From positions 1 to 64,000 of IMG/VR virus record IMGVR_UViG_3300045988_104912: 64,000 nt of DNA. One strand, 5' to 3'. Numbering within the stretch: the stretch's first letter is position 1; every line of letters begins with the position of its first letter. Positions 53,036 to 64,000 of the stretch are shown one piece after another. Under the pieces are notes generated by a model. The model did no database searches and was not told where the DNA came from. It saw only the letters and a program-made list of their open reading frames with translations. Source of the DNA: a virus. A program made the position numbers and the translations under genes.

Positions 53036-56000
53036 ATGGGAGAAAATGATGTAAAAGATCCTAGAGAGACTGGAGTAGGGGGAATGAAAGGCATTCCCTC
53101 TCTTATCCAGCAGGCTAATACTATAGCTGACATTTTAATGGGGACATCTCCTACTCAGTATAAGGCTGAGAATGTTGAAAGGTTATCTGAAAAACCTGCT
53201 ATAGAGGAAATCGGCTATATGCTTCCTAACTTTAGTAAGTATGATGAATCTATTCATACAGATGAAGACTTACTAAACTATCAAGAGCATAGAGCTAAAG
53301 AACAATCGGGTTTCCTTAAAGCTACCAATGCTGTTGTGGGTGGTGTAGTAAGTGGTCTTGCTACAGCTCTTGAGGACATTGGTTATATCCTTGACCTTGA
53401 GGGTCATTACAATACCTGGAATAAGCTTGATAATGACCGTGATAATTGGTTGTCTAAAGCTATGAGACAATTTAAAGAAGGTCTTAATGAAGCTATGCCT
53501 ATATATGAGACTGAGAGTGATAGTGCTTTAGGCCAGTTCTTTAAGTTCAGTACTCTAAAGGGCATGATTGACTCTGTAGTAGGCTTTGCTATCCCAGGAG
53601 GTCTTGTATCTAAAGGTATTGGTGCAGCTGTTAAACTTAGTAGAGTAGGATCTTTAGCTGCTATAGGACTTGCTAAGCTGAATGCTTCTGCAGGTACTAA
53701 AGTACTTGCAAATTCTTTAGGAGAGATTGCTAAAGATGTTACAGCTGGTGCTATTACTAACTATGCTGAAGGCCAGATGATGGCTATTGAGTTAGGAGAA
53801 AATGCTAAGCAGCATTACATTGAATCTAAGGCTCAGGAATACTATGAGCAATATAAAGATGCTCCTATTCCTCTTAGTATTGAGAATGCTCGTAAGTTAG
53901 CAGAAGATGAGTTTAATAACGACACTGAGGTACAAGCTAGAATAGGCAAAGAACAAGCTGAATTCGTCCGTAACAATAGAATATTCATGCTAACAGATGC
54001 CATAGGTCTTCATGGTCTTGTTAAGAGTAAAGGAGCTTTTAGGCAAGCACTTCTTACTAATCCTAAGGAGAAACTTAAGGCTATTAAGAACCTAGGTAAG
54101 CTTTCTGCAGATAATATACTCATTCAGGGAGCTAAGGAAGGTGCCGAAGAAATTGGGCAGAATATTCTTCAGATGGAGGGAGAATATCAGGTTCGTAAAG
54201 CTGCTGGTACTTTAACTGAGGAAGATGAGAAGCTGGGGGATACTTTCTGGGATAGAGCTCTTGCCTTTGGTACTTCAAAGCAGGCTATTGTAGAAGGTCT
54301 TATGGGAGCCGTTACAGGCCCTGGACAAAGAGCTGTGTCTAGAGTTGTGGCTAATGTAACTTCTGGAGATATTCTAGGTCGTAAACGTCGTGATGAGGAA
54401 TATCAATCGTATGTTAAGCAACAAGAATTTATTAAAGGAATTAATAATAAGCTTAATAATATTCTCCAAGCCGAGGCATTAAAAGCTGAAGCTATCTCTA
54501 GGGGAGATGATGTAACAGCGGATGCCATGTGGAATAAGGAGGCTGCAGATCTCATTACTGAATCTATCCAGAATGGTACTATTACAGCATTAGAGAGATC
54601 TACAGAAGATATTATTAATGATACTAGCAGAACTCCTGAGGAAAGAGAGCAAGCTCAGAAGTTGAAAGAATACATTAATGAATCTGAGAATGAGTATATC
54701 TTAGCTTCACATAATCCTAATAGTCAAGATATCTTTGACAATCGTATTCGACATAATACTCTTCAAACCTGGAGTAAAGATTTATATAGGGATATTCAAA
54801 ATAAACTTACAGATTTAAATGAATCCTTAAGTGCGAAATCTCCTGTTTATAATGTGAGCTTAGATAAAGATCTTAATTTCGAAGCTAATGCAAAAACCTT
54901 AGCACAATCTGAAGCTCCTGAAGCTTATAAAACTCTTACTGACCGTATTAAGCAGTATCGAGATGTTAAGAAAGCTTTAGATGATGTTGATAAGGAATAT
55001 AAGGAGATTACTAAGAAGGAGTATCAAGAGAAGTGGCTTGAGAACGAAGTTGAGAGGCTGCAAAAAATAGCTGCTGAAGCTGAAAAGCAGGCAGTTGAAT
55101 CTAAGGTAAATAAGCCTTTAGTACAGTATGATGATAATAATCAACCTATACTTACTAATAGAGCTCAAGTAGTTAAGGATGGGGATAATTATTTCCTTCG
55201 TGGCTATGATGATGAGCTCGGTACTTATAGTATACCTTTACTAGAAGAGAATGGTGTTGAGCGTCCTGTAAATTCTGCAGACTTAGAATCTTATAGAGAG
55301 GAAAATATTGAATCTGCTGAAACTACGGAAGCAACTGAGCCTACCCCTACTACTCCTGAAGTCAAATTTTTTACTCCTGCCGAACGTAAGGAACTTCGTA
55401 AGGAAGTAGATGAACTTAAGAGTCTGGATGATCTAGCTATTTGGAGAGAGCGATATAAGAATGACTCAACTCTTAGTGAAGAAGCTATCGAAGAAATTGA
55501 TGATTTATATCATCGAGCTCAAGATAGGATTATTAAAGCATCTGGAGAAGAAATTAAGGATGCTAATCCTGAGAATAACGATGCTCAGGAGATCGAATTT
55601 GTACGTTCTGATAGCTTTGATACTCCTGAAGCCAATGATGCTTTGTGGGATCCTCCTAAGAGATCTGCAGAGAATTACTGGCGAGGTTCTAAGGGCTCTG
55701 ATATAGCCAGCCGTGAGAATGGCAATGTAGATCAAATACGATGGTTTGACTTCCTTGATAAACATGATGCTTCTCAATATAGAGGTATTATAGTACCTTT
55801 CAAATATGAAGGTAAGACTGCTGGTAGATTAATTCTCACAGATCACGAAGGGAATTATATAGATGCTGATGGTAACTCTATTGGAAAAGAATTTGATCCT
55901 AATAGAGCTATCTACACTACTGTAGCAGATCCTACAACTGATGCTGATGGTAAGTACTATGGTACTCAGAAAAGCTTTGATTACTATAGAGCTATTTACA

Positions 56001-59000
56001 TTAGAGATGTTTGGGAACATCTACAAGATGGCGTAAGTGTACCTGTTGTTATTCAAGGAACAAGTGCTGGTATTATTGATGATAAGTACAAAAATGATGT
56101 TATCAAGAAGCCTGCACAGCTTAAGCCTTTAGCTGAGAGCTTACCTGCTAATATGGATATAAATACTTTAACGGTTTATATCTCAAATATTGGTAGAATT
56201 ATTACAGAGAATGGCCAAACCTTTACTGTTCCTGCAGGAACAATGGCTATCCATGATGCTACAAATAATAATTTCTATAGGGCTAACTCAGTACCCATTC
56301 AAGCAGGAACTAGGCAGTTCTTAGTAGATTTATTTAGGCATTATATTGCTAAATCTATTAAAGGAAAGACTTTTGTAAGTAACGATAAGTATACTCTTAG
56401 GAGTGGTAAAGAATTTGTACATTACGACTTTTTTGGAGTTCTGCGAGATTTACTTAGGTATAATAGTCATGGTGATCCTGCTCGTACTTTATATAATATT
56501 AAGGATGAGAATGGTCAGAATACTGTAAGGTGGAATATTGGAGATAAAGAGATAGATGCTGCTGTAAGAGATGAAAATGGTAACTATGTTATTAACGAAG
56601 AGTTTCTTACAGAGGTTAATAACTTCTTAAGTAAGGCTTTCTATAATCCTCGTTATTCAAAGATTAATCCTGCAAGTAAAGATTCTTATTACTTCCCTAC
56701 TAAAATTAATAAAGATGGTACGTTAGGAGCTAAAAAATACCAAAATTACCATACTTTTGTTAGAGAAAATTTAGTAGACTTTGTAGTAGATCCTAATAGC
56801 CCTTACGCGCATGCTGAGCGATATGTGACATATGATCCTTTGAATGTAGAAACTGTTACTTCTGATGAAGTCTCAGAGGCTAAAGAAGAGGTTTCTAAGG
56901 AGAAGTCTTTAGCAAGTGTTATTGATACTATTAGATCAGGTACTCCTGTAAAGATGATACTTGAGGTTACCAATCCCGCGAATGGTAATATTAATAGGTT
57001 TGACTTTGAAGCTCAATATGATGGTAAGAGTATTGTTAGCTCTGATCAGGAGAATGCTTTCCCTATAGTTGTTGCGGATCAGCTTAATCAATATGCGGGT
57101 AGAGAGGGAGCTACTTTAGCAGATGTTGCGAATGCTGCTCAAGCATACCTTGCTAACAGGATGGGTATTAAGGATCCTACTCAATTTAATGCTAAACTTA
57201 CTCTTGTAGAGGATAAGAAATCCCCTGTTTCAGAACCTACTCCACAGTCTAGTAATCCTGCTATAGCAGCACTTCAACGGCAACTTGAAAGTACTACAGA
57301 TCCTAAGACTAGAGCTCAACTTCAGAGAGCCCTAGATATGGCTAACAATCTAAACGCTACACCACAGAAGTCTAATGATAGTGTTCGTATTTCTACAGTT
57401 ACAAAATTCCGTAGGACATATGAACAAATGAGTAATTCTGCAAATGAGGAATTAGATAAAGCAGGAGAATGGTTTAAGAAGAAGTTTCCTGATATTGACT
57501 TCAAGATTGTTAAGTCTGCTATTGCTAAGAATGTAGTTGGTAAATTTGAGAATAGTGTAGTTACTGTATATCAAGGTACTGGTACAGAAGCTGTATATCA
57601 TGAGGCATTTCACGTTATTTTAGACTGCTTACTTACAGCAGATGAGAAAGCTAACTTAGTAAGGGAAGCTCTTAATAATGATGAATATAAAAGTTATTTT
57701 GATTCATTAAAACCTCTATATCCTGAGTTAGGCAGTGAAGAATTAGCCGAAGAGGTTCTAGCAGAAGCTTTTGCAGACTTTATGGTAACTGAGGATGAAG
57801 ATAATAATTTTATTAAGAAGATCTTTAAGTATATCAAGTATCAATTAACAAGGTTATATAATAGTATTCGGCATCTTGGTAAACCTAATAGGGAATGGAC
57901 TCAAAGTATACAATCTATTGTAGAGAGAGTTCGTAATAAAGATTTTCTTATGAATGATTATCTTACATTAAAGGCAACATCTCCTCACTATAAGGTTATC
58001 CCAGGTTTAGATGCTATTACTACAGCAGACGCTGTAAATAGTTTACACTATTGGTTTCTACAGTACTTTAAGGAGAATGGTAATCTAATTGATATACTAC
58101 AGTCAGAAAATGCTAAGATTGTGTCTGAGGCTTATGAATTTGCTCATAATGAGTTTGTAGGTCGATACAATGAAATCCTATCTTCTATAGCTTTCGCAGA
58201 TCCTAATTTGATGGAGCAGTATCTCTCTGATCTTGAGAAGTTACAAAAAGTTCTAGAAACTTGGAATGATCCCAAGGGAATCAAAGCTTTACATCAGCAA
58301 GAGCGGCTAGCACAATATAAATTAGAGTTAAATACTTCTGAAGATTATCAAGAATCCGCCTCTGAGATCTCAGGTGGTGAGAATAATCAAGGTCGAGACT
58401 CTGCGGCTTTATTTGCAGAATCTATTACTGTAAGTAGTAAGATGAACTCTAATAAGATCATAAAGCTACTTCTTAGTACCTTACCTAAGAAGCATTATGA
58501 TTTTAAGACTCGGGAAGCTATACCTTATAAGAATAGCTTAGGAATGCCTGAGGTTGAACCTTTTGGTAAGGTCTTTAATATCTTAGCAAATAAGTTAGCT
58601 AATCTTCCTACTAGCATTTCTATGCAAGAGCTGCAGAAGAGATTATCTCAAGTTGCTGAAGAATATCCTGCTATTTATCCTCTCATTCGAGATGAGGTTG
58701 TTTCACTTAGAACTCCCGAAGGAGAGATAACTACTCAAGTAGTTCCTTCTTGGCTCAAGTTAGATAAGGTTGATTCCTGGTCTGCTTCAGATATGCTCCA
58801 GGTTGTACAGTTCATGCAGGCATTTAATAATAACAAGAATAATTATCTTATAGGTATTACTAAAGCTAATGGGCAGTACACTATCTTCAATGCTTCTACT
58901 GTAGGTCATAGAGCTCGCATTGCAGGAGCATGGAGAGCTCAGTTATCTAAGTGGTTGTTAGAAGGTAACCCTGATATCATTAAATTTTATAACCGTAATA

Positions 59001-61927
59001 AATATAAAGTTTGGCAATATAATGCAGATGCTATTAAGAAAGCTTTTCCTCGTATCCCTACTGCTGATAATGCTGAAGAGTTCTTACGTATCTTAGGAAT
59101 AACCTATGATATCAATAATCCTGAGACTCTTCAAAAAGCTTTGCATACTAAGAGATTCTTAGATAAGATAGGGCAGGTTTACTATCAGATACTCAAGGGA
59201 TCTTTAAAAACTCCTATTGTTAATGAGAATCGTGATGGAGAGAACGAGAACTTAGACGCTTTCTTAGATATACAATCAGATCTTGGTATCGAAACTCTGG
59301 AAAATTCTCACATTTCACTTGGAGATGAAAGAATTTATGATCTTCAAAAACCTGGTTATATTAATCAGACAATCAATAAGATTAATCGAGTTATAGATAA
59401 TCCTGAGAAGCTATATTCAGAGATGCCTCATCTAGATCCTTCTCACAATATTTACGTAACACACTCTTTATTACTTAATAGAGCTCTTGTAGATAGAAGA
59501 ACTCCTAAATTATCAATCTTGATACATGAGGGTAATAGAGAGAATTCTAATGGTACAGGAACGGATTATAAGGATATGAAGCTTATAGATAAGCTTTCTA
59601 CAGTCCTTAATATGACTATGGAAGGTAGAGATAATATTATGAGACCTGCTGATAATGGTCAAGAGCGATTCCTAGATCATGGAGATACTTGGATTAATGT
59701 AAATACTACTCGTGGAGAAGTTATAGATATTTTCAGAGGCTACTTATGGGATGAAATTGCTAGATCTCATATCAAGGATAGAGCATTTACGAACTTTAAC
59801 AAGAACTATACTAAGGGTACAGTAATTGAAAGTTTGTTAACTCCTAATGAGATTAAAGAATTCTTAGTAGACACTGCTGAATCTCCTAATGATTTTGCAG
59901 ATAGAGTTCTTAATACTATAGGTAGAGATGTGTTATCTACTCGTATAGAGAGGATGATTAATACTTGGACTAGCAATGCTTATGATAAGCTAATAGACCT
60001 AGGAGGTCTTAAAGAACTAGCTAATGATCAAGTATTGAATATGTCTCTAAAGCTAAGTACTAATCCTACTACTAATCAGTACTCTAAATCTAACGTCATA
60101 AGCTGGATACGTCACGCAGTAGTAAATTATGCTATCGGTAATATTGAGCAAAGTAAGATATTATATGGAGATAATATATTCTATAAATCTTTAGGTGATG
60201 AATTCAAACGCCACAATGGTGCCATGGGTTCTAAGAAAACCTGCTTAACATCTGATGGTATTAATACTACTATAGCACGTGACTTTAAGCGTATGGATGG
60301 TGCTGAAAATCTCACTGATGAAAGTGGTAAGCCTATACTTAAAACTGCTGTATTCTCAGATGTTTCTAGCTATTCTAAGCAGTTATATCAGATTGCTGAG
60401 ATTGTAGATGCTGAGAGTAATAAATATAAGACACTTCGTAATGATGTTCTTGAGGCTTATGAGCACTCTGATAAGAGTAAATCTTTTGAGGATATGATGA
60501 CAGAAGCTCTTATTAAGAATGCAGATAAGTTAGGTCTCAATAGTGCTCCTTATGCAGATATGACTGAGGGTGATGGTTTCGGAATGATTTCATTAGATGC
60601 TTACCGAGAATTCAAAGTTAGAGTAGGAGATTGGAATCTTGATTCTGAAAAGCTTTATCAATGGGAAGTACAAGAAAGAGCAGGAGTTCCTGTTGAGGAG
60701 AGAGTGTTTGTAGATTTTGATGGTAATAAATCTCCTTTAACTCGTGGTAGTTGGGGTTCTCAGGTATTTAATTCCTTAAAACCTCAACACTTTGGTCCTT
60801 TAGCTAATGTTGAAGGATTTAAACCATCTTTCTATAAACTCTCGTTGATGCCTCTCATACCTTCTGTTCTGAAGGCTTTAGGAGATACTAACCTCTCTAA
60901 GCTTCATGAACTGATGATCAAGAATCAGGTTAGTGTAGCCGTACACTATTCAGCTAATAAAGGTGTAACTACTAAGACTAATTCGGTTACTAATGAGGAA
61001 GGTGTATTAGTTACAAATACAGAGCATCCTTTTAATGACTTCTACGATAAAGAAGGTAACTTCTTAGTAGATACTGAAGGTAATTATACTGGGCCTTTAG
61101 ATCTCCTTACTCAAGATACTTATTGGGAATATTGGGGTATTCAAGTAGACACTGGTGAACATAAACACCATGATGTAGTTACTGGTACTCAGATGATGGT
61201 GCAGATTCTTAACGGTCTATTTGATGCTGGAGAGATTAGTGAACACTTTGAGGAGAATACTCCTAAAGTTAAAGCTTTAGCTGAGGAGTATATTAGTCTG
61301 AATAATCAACGTATTGCTATAGGTAGAGATCAACTTGTTAAGGAGTTAGGTCTTGTAGCAACTAAGAAGGGATGGAAGATTTCTGAAGAGGGTATTGTAA
61401 GTCTCGTTAATTCTCTACGTCGAGAAGCTATTGAAAGGGGATTAGCGGATAATTACATTACTGCTATAGAACTCTTAGACAATCTCGATGATGGTACTAC
61501 TAATATAGATATTCTTCCTACACGTGAGAAGATTGAGAGTATTCTTATGAGTAGAGCTGCAAGTATGACTACTTCTCAGAAGCGTCATGGTACAGCAGCA
61601 TTCCAGGTACCCTCAACTATGTGGGAGACTAAGGCAAGCCGTACATATAATGAAGGTAAGTATAAATCTTCAGACTTAGACTTCGTAGTAAAATATGTAG
61701 ATGGTAAGCCTAAGATTACATCTATGGAAGTATATCTTCCCTCACCATTTAAGGGTATTACAAATGTAGGTAAAGTACCTCCTGAATTGCTACAGCTTAT
61801 AGGATTCCGTATCCCTACGCAGGGACTTAGCTCAATAGAAACTATTGTTGTTAAAGATTTCCTCCCTGAAGCAGCTGGAGATATTATAGTCTTACCTACA
61901 GAGATTGTTGCTAAGGCAGGCTCGGAT
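53036..61927 (+). CDS. giant virion RNA polymerase-like protein, exon 1 (2964 codons)
   Basis: Ends '...AKAGSD'. Splicing completes the sequence as 'GSDYDIDK'. Contains HEAFH at 57598-57612. Confidence 0.8.
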
Positions 61928-62840
61928 TAATATCATGGTTCGAGTAAAATTCTGTTAATTGCGGGGACCCCCTGAGAGTCTAAACTACCGAAGTGTAACA
62001 ATGTTTAGAATTGGGCAATCCGCAGCCAAGCCCCATATGGGGAAGGCTCAACGACTAATACTTAAATAACGTTTCCTTAATGGATAACAAAGCGTATGAA
62101 AACTAAGTTAAATAAAGATTCAAGAAATTTATTAATTGCATTATTACTAGGAGATGGAACTATTAGTAATAATAATGTATTTAAATTATCTCATTCTGAG
62201 GCACAGAGAGATTATTTAGAGTGGAAAGTTAAGCAACTTAATAATGCGGGTATTCGTAATAATGGAATACATGAATATGTTAGTACATGCGGATATAATA
62301 CTGGTCAAAAAGTTTTATATACTCAATTAGGAATAACAACTTTCATTAAATTGCTTAGGAGGATATTTTATAAGCCTAAGAAGTATCTTGGTAATAGACG
62401 TCTTCTAAATAGGTTAGATGCAAGAGGTATTGCTATCTGGTATATGGATGATGGATGTATCAATTATCGAATTACTAAAGGTAAATGCCATGGATTCTAT
62501 ATAAGAATATCCCTATGTGAGGATAAAGAAACCATTCAGAATGTAATAAATTTCTTTAAGGAAGAATGGAATATTTCTTTCTATCCTATATCAGAAGGTA
62601 GAGGTACTTATTCTTTATGCTGTGGTACTAAAGAAGGTATTAAATTTCTTGAAATTGTCAAACCATTTGTATCAGAAGTTCCATGTATGATACATAAAAT
62701 TACATACGACTTAAGTCAAAGATCTAGATCATTGTATGATAAAGAATCTTTGGGTAGGGCTTTAGAGCCTGAAATGCAGAACACTACTATTAGTAGTGAA
62801 GATATAGTCTAAACTTATATGAAAGTATAAGAGATTATTG
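61928..62840 (+). mobile_element. group I intron carrying a LAGLIDADG endonuclease gene
   Basis: 7-bp P1 with U.G at 61927/61938. Contiguous 7-bp P10 with 62841-47. Terminal G at 62840. Structured core at 61961-62090. Confidence 0.85.
62096..62812 (+). CDS. intron-encoded double-motif LAGLIDADG homing endonuclease (238 aa)
   Basis: 'LIALLLGDGTIS' and 'IAIWYMDDGCIN'. Confidence 0.85.
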   Translation: MKTKLNKDSRNLLIALLLGDGTISNNNVFKLSHSEAQRDYLEWKVKQLNNAGIRNNGIHEYVSTCGYNTGQKVLYTQLGITTFIKLLRRIFYKPKKYLGNRRLLNRLDARGIAIWYMDDGCINYRITKGKCHGFYIRISLCEDKETIQNVINFFKEEWNISFYPISEGRGTYSLCCGTKEGIKFLEIVKPFVSEVPCMIHKITYDLSQRSRSLYDKESLGRALEPEMQNTTISSEDIV

Positions 62841-64000
62841 TATGATATTGATAAAATGTACTTATATGTACCTAATTATTATAAGGTTAAGGGACAGCTT
62901 AAGTACATAGATTATTCTCATTGGGAAGAGCAATATGAGGAACTAGTTAACTCTTTAAAGGATGAAAAGAAGGAAGGTATCCTTGAAGCTCTAAGTGGAT
63001 TCTTTGGCAATAGTGAGCTACTACAAGAGCTTGCTGACACCAAGCAGACTCCTAAAGTATCTAAAGAAGAGTTTCATAAGAAAGCTATTGAGAATCGTAT
63101 TACTCAGATTCAGAAAGAGCTTGCTCATGTAGCTGAGAATGCTTCTAACTTTATAGCACCTATTCAGACCGACATCTTGGAAGCTTCTGCCAAGAGAGCT
63201 ATGAAAGCTGTCTTTGGAGATACTTATGAGATGGAGGCTGAGTATTATAAATCTAAAGCAGCTCTTCCTAGTATTCTAGATCCTACATATGTTCTACAGG
63301 TAGCTGAGAACTATATGGCTGGTAAGAAAGAGGTAGGTATTGCAGCTAATGCAGGTAAATTCTATGTATTTGCCTCCATGTATGACTTAGGGATACCTGC
63401 AGAAGAAGTTCAGATTAATTTTGAGCATAATGAGGAAAATGGTGTTGTTCAGCTTGGACGGAAGTTTACTGCTGGTACTAAGAAAATTCCTATTTCTGAG
63501 CTGTTAAATCAGTGGATTAGTGCTGCTGTGGACGCTGCTAAATCACCCTTTGGAGTGAATTTAGGAGCTACTCCTGCAACATTAGGAACGCTAACAATGC
63601 TTACTATGGCAGGAGTTCATCCTGATACTCTAGCACTCTTCATGAACCAGCCTATCATTCGTGAGTACCTGAAGCTACAGCAACAATATGAATCTCAGAT
63701 TGCTCAGGAGAACTATGTATCACCTAAATCAGCTAGGGTTAAGGCTGGCACAGCTATGGCTCGATATAATAAGAACGAGATTCGAGCATATCTGTCTATG
63801 AAATATCCTCCTATCGATGCAGCTGCTCCTGCTAAGGTTTTCACAGCTGATGAGCTTGAGAGTTATATTACTACTCAGAATTTAACTTATCAAAATCAGA
63901 TTCTTGATGATTTCATTCGGTATGTTGAATGGGGACGTAATGTTGCAGATGCTATGCAAGGTACTACCTATGATACTAAAGATGGTGGTAAAAATCTCTC
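62841..64000 (+). CDS. giant virion RNA polymerase-like protein, exon 2 (partial; runs off the window)
   Basis: The frame is open from 62823 to 64000. It begins 'YDIDKMYLYVPNYY...' and is absent from the ORF track because it has no stop. Confidence 0.8.

Noticed and set aside
1-64000. Stop-codon reassignment (TAG or TGA recoding), as seen in some crAss-like lineages
   Set aside because: ORFs of 2031, 2964, 1093 and 926 codons are uninterrupted under the standard code. The three apparent gene breaks are explained by an intein or by introns with identifiable boundaries. No canonical suppressor tRNA was found.
1-64000. CRISPR array, integrase or lysogeny module, rRNA
   Set aside because: No regularly spaced direct repeats were seen. 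No tyrosine or serine recombinase motifs were noticed in any ORF. No rRNA-like sequence is present.

Overview
This is an AT-rich dsDNA phage segment, about one-third G+C by eye. Gene content and order best fit a crAss-like (Crassvirales) podovirus of Bacteroidota; that assignment is inference from synteny, Bacteroidetes-type TAnnTTTG promoter boxes and a giant virion-RNAP-like gene. Layout: (1) 1-4737, a leftward block of small genes with one canonical tRNA and one aberrant tRNA-like element. (2) 4738-5060, a divergent control region. (3) 5061-11867, rightward small accessory genes, including a GroEL homologue and a GroES-like partner. (4) 12478-18942, TerL and portal. (5) 18996-29212, a mosaic tail-fibre, Ig-like and collagen-like block. 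(6) 29215-30538, a lysis-like cassette. (7) 30674-37133, the capsid module. (8) 37304-43124, small virion-associated genes. (9) 43127-53030, giant tail/ejection proteins. (10) 53036 onward, a giant virion RNA polymerase-like gene that runs off the window. The standard genetic code fits: the 2031- and 2964-codon ORFs are uninterrupted, and many genes are coupled by TAATG stop/start overlaps. The most notable property is the load of selfish, self-splicing elements in hallmark genes. TerL carries an intein that looks like class 3 (WCT). The major capsid gene carries a group I intron with a GIY-YIG endonuclease. The RNAP-like gene carries a group I intron with a LAGLIDADG endonuclease placed exactly inside its D-x-D-x-D motif. 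A free-standing GIY-YIG gene sits between TerL and portal. Other points worth a second look are a G+C-rich island with a hairpin-rich noncoding leader, a roughly 110-nt polypurine multi-G-tract, G9/C9 homopolymers at fibre genes, recurring promoter modules and mosaic fibre paralogues. All folds, splice sites and motif calls were made by eye. No database search or software was run.
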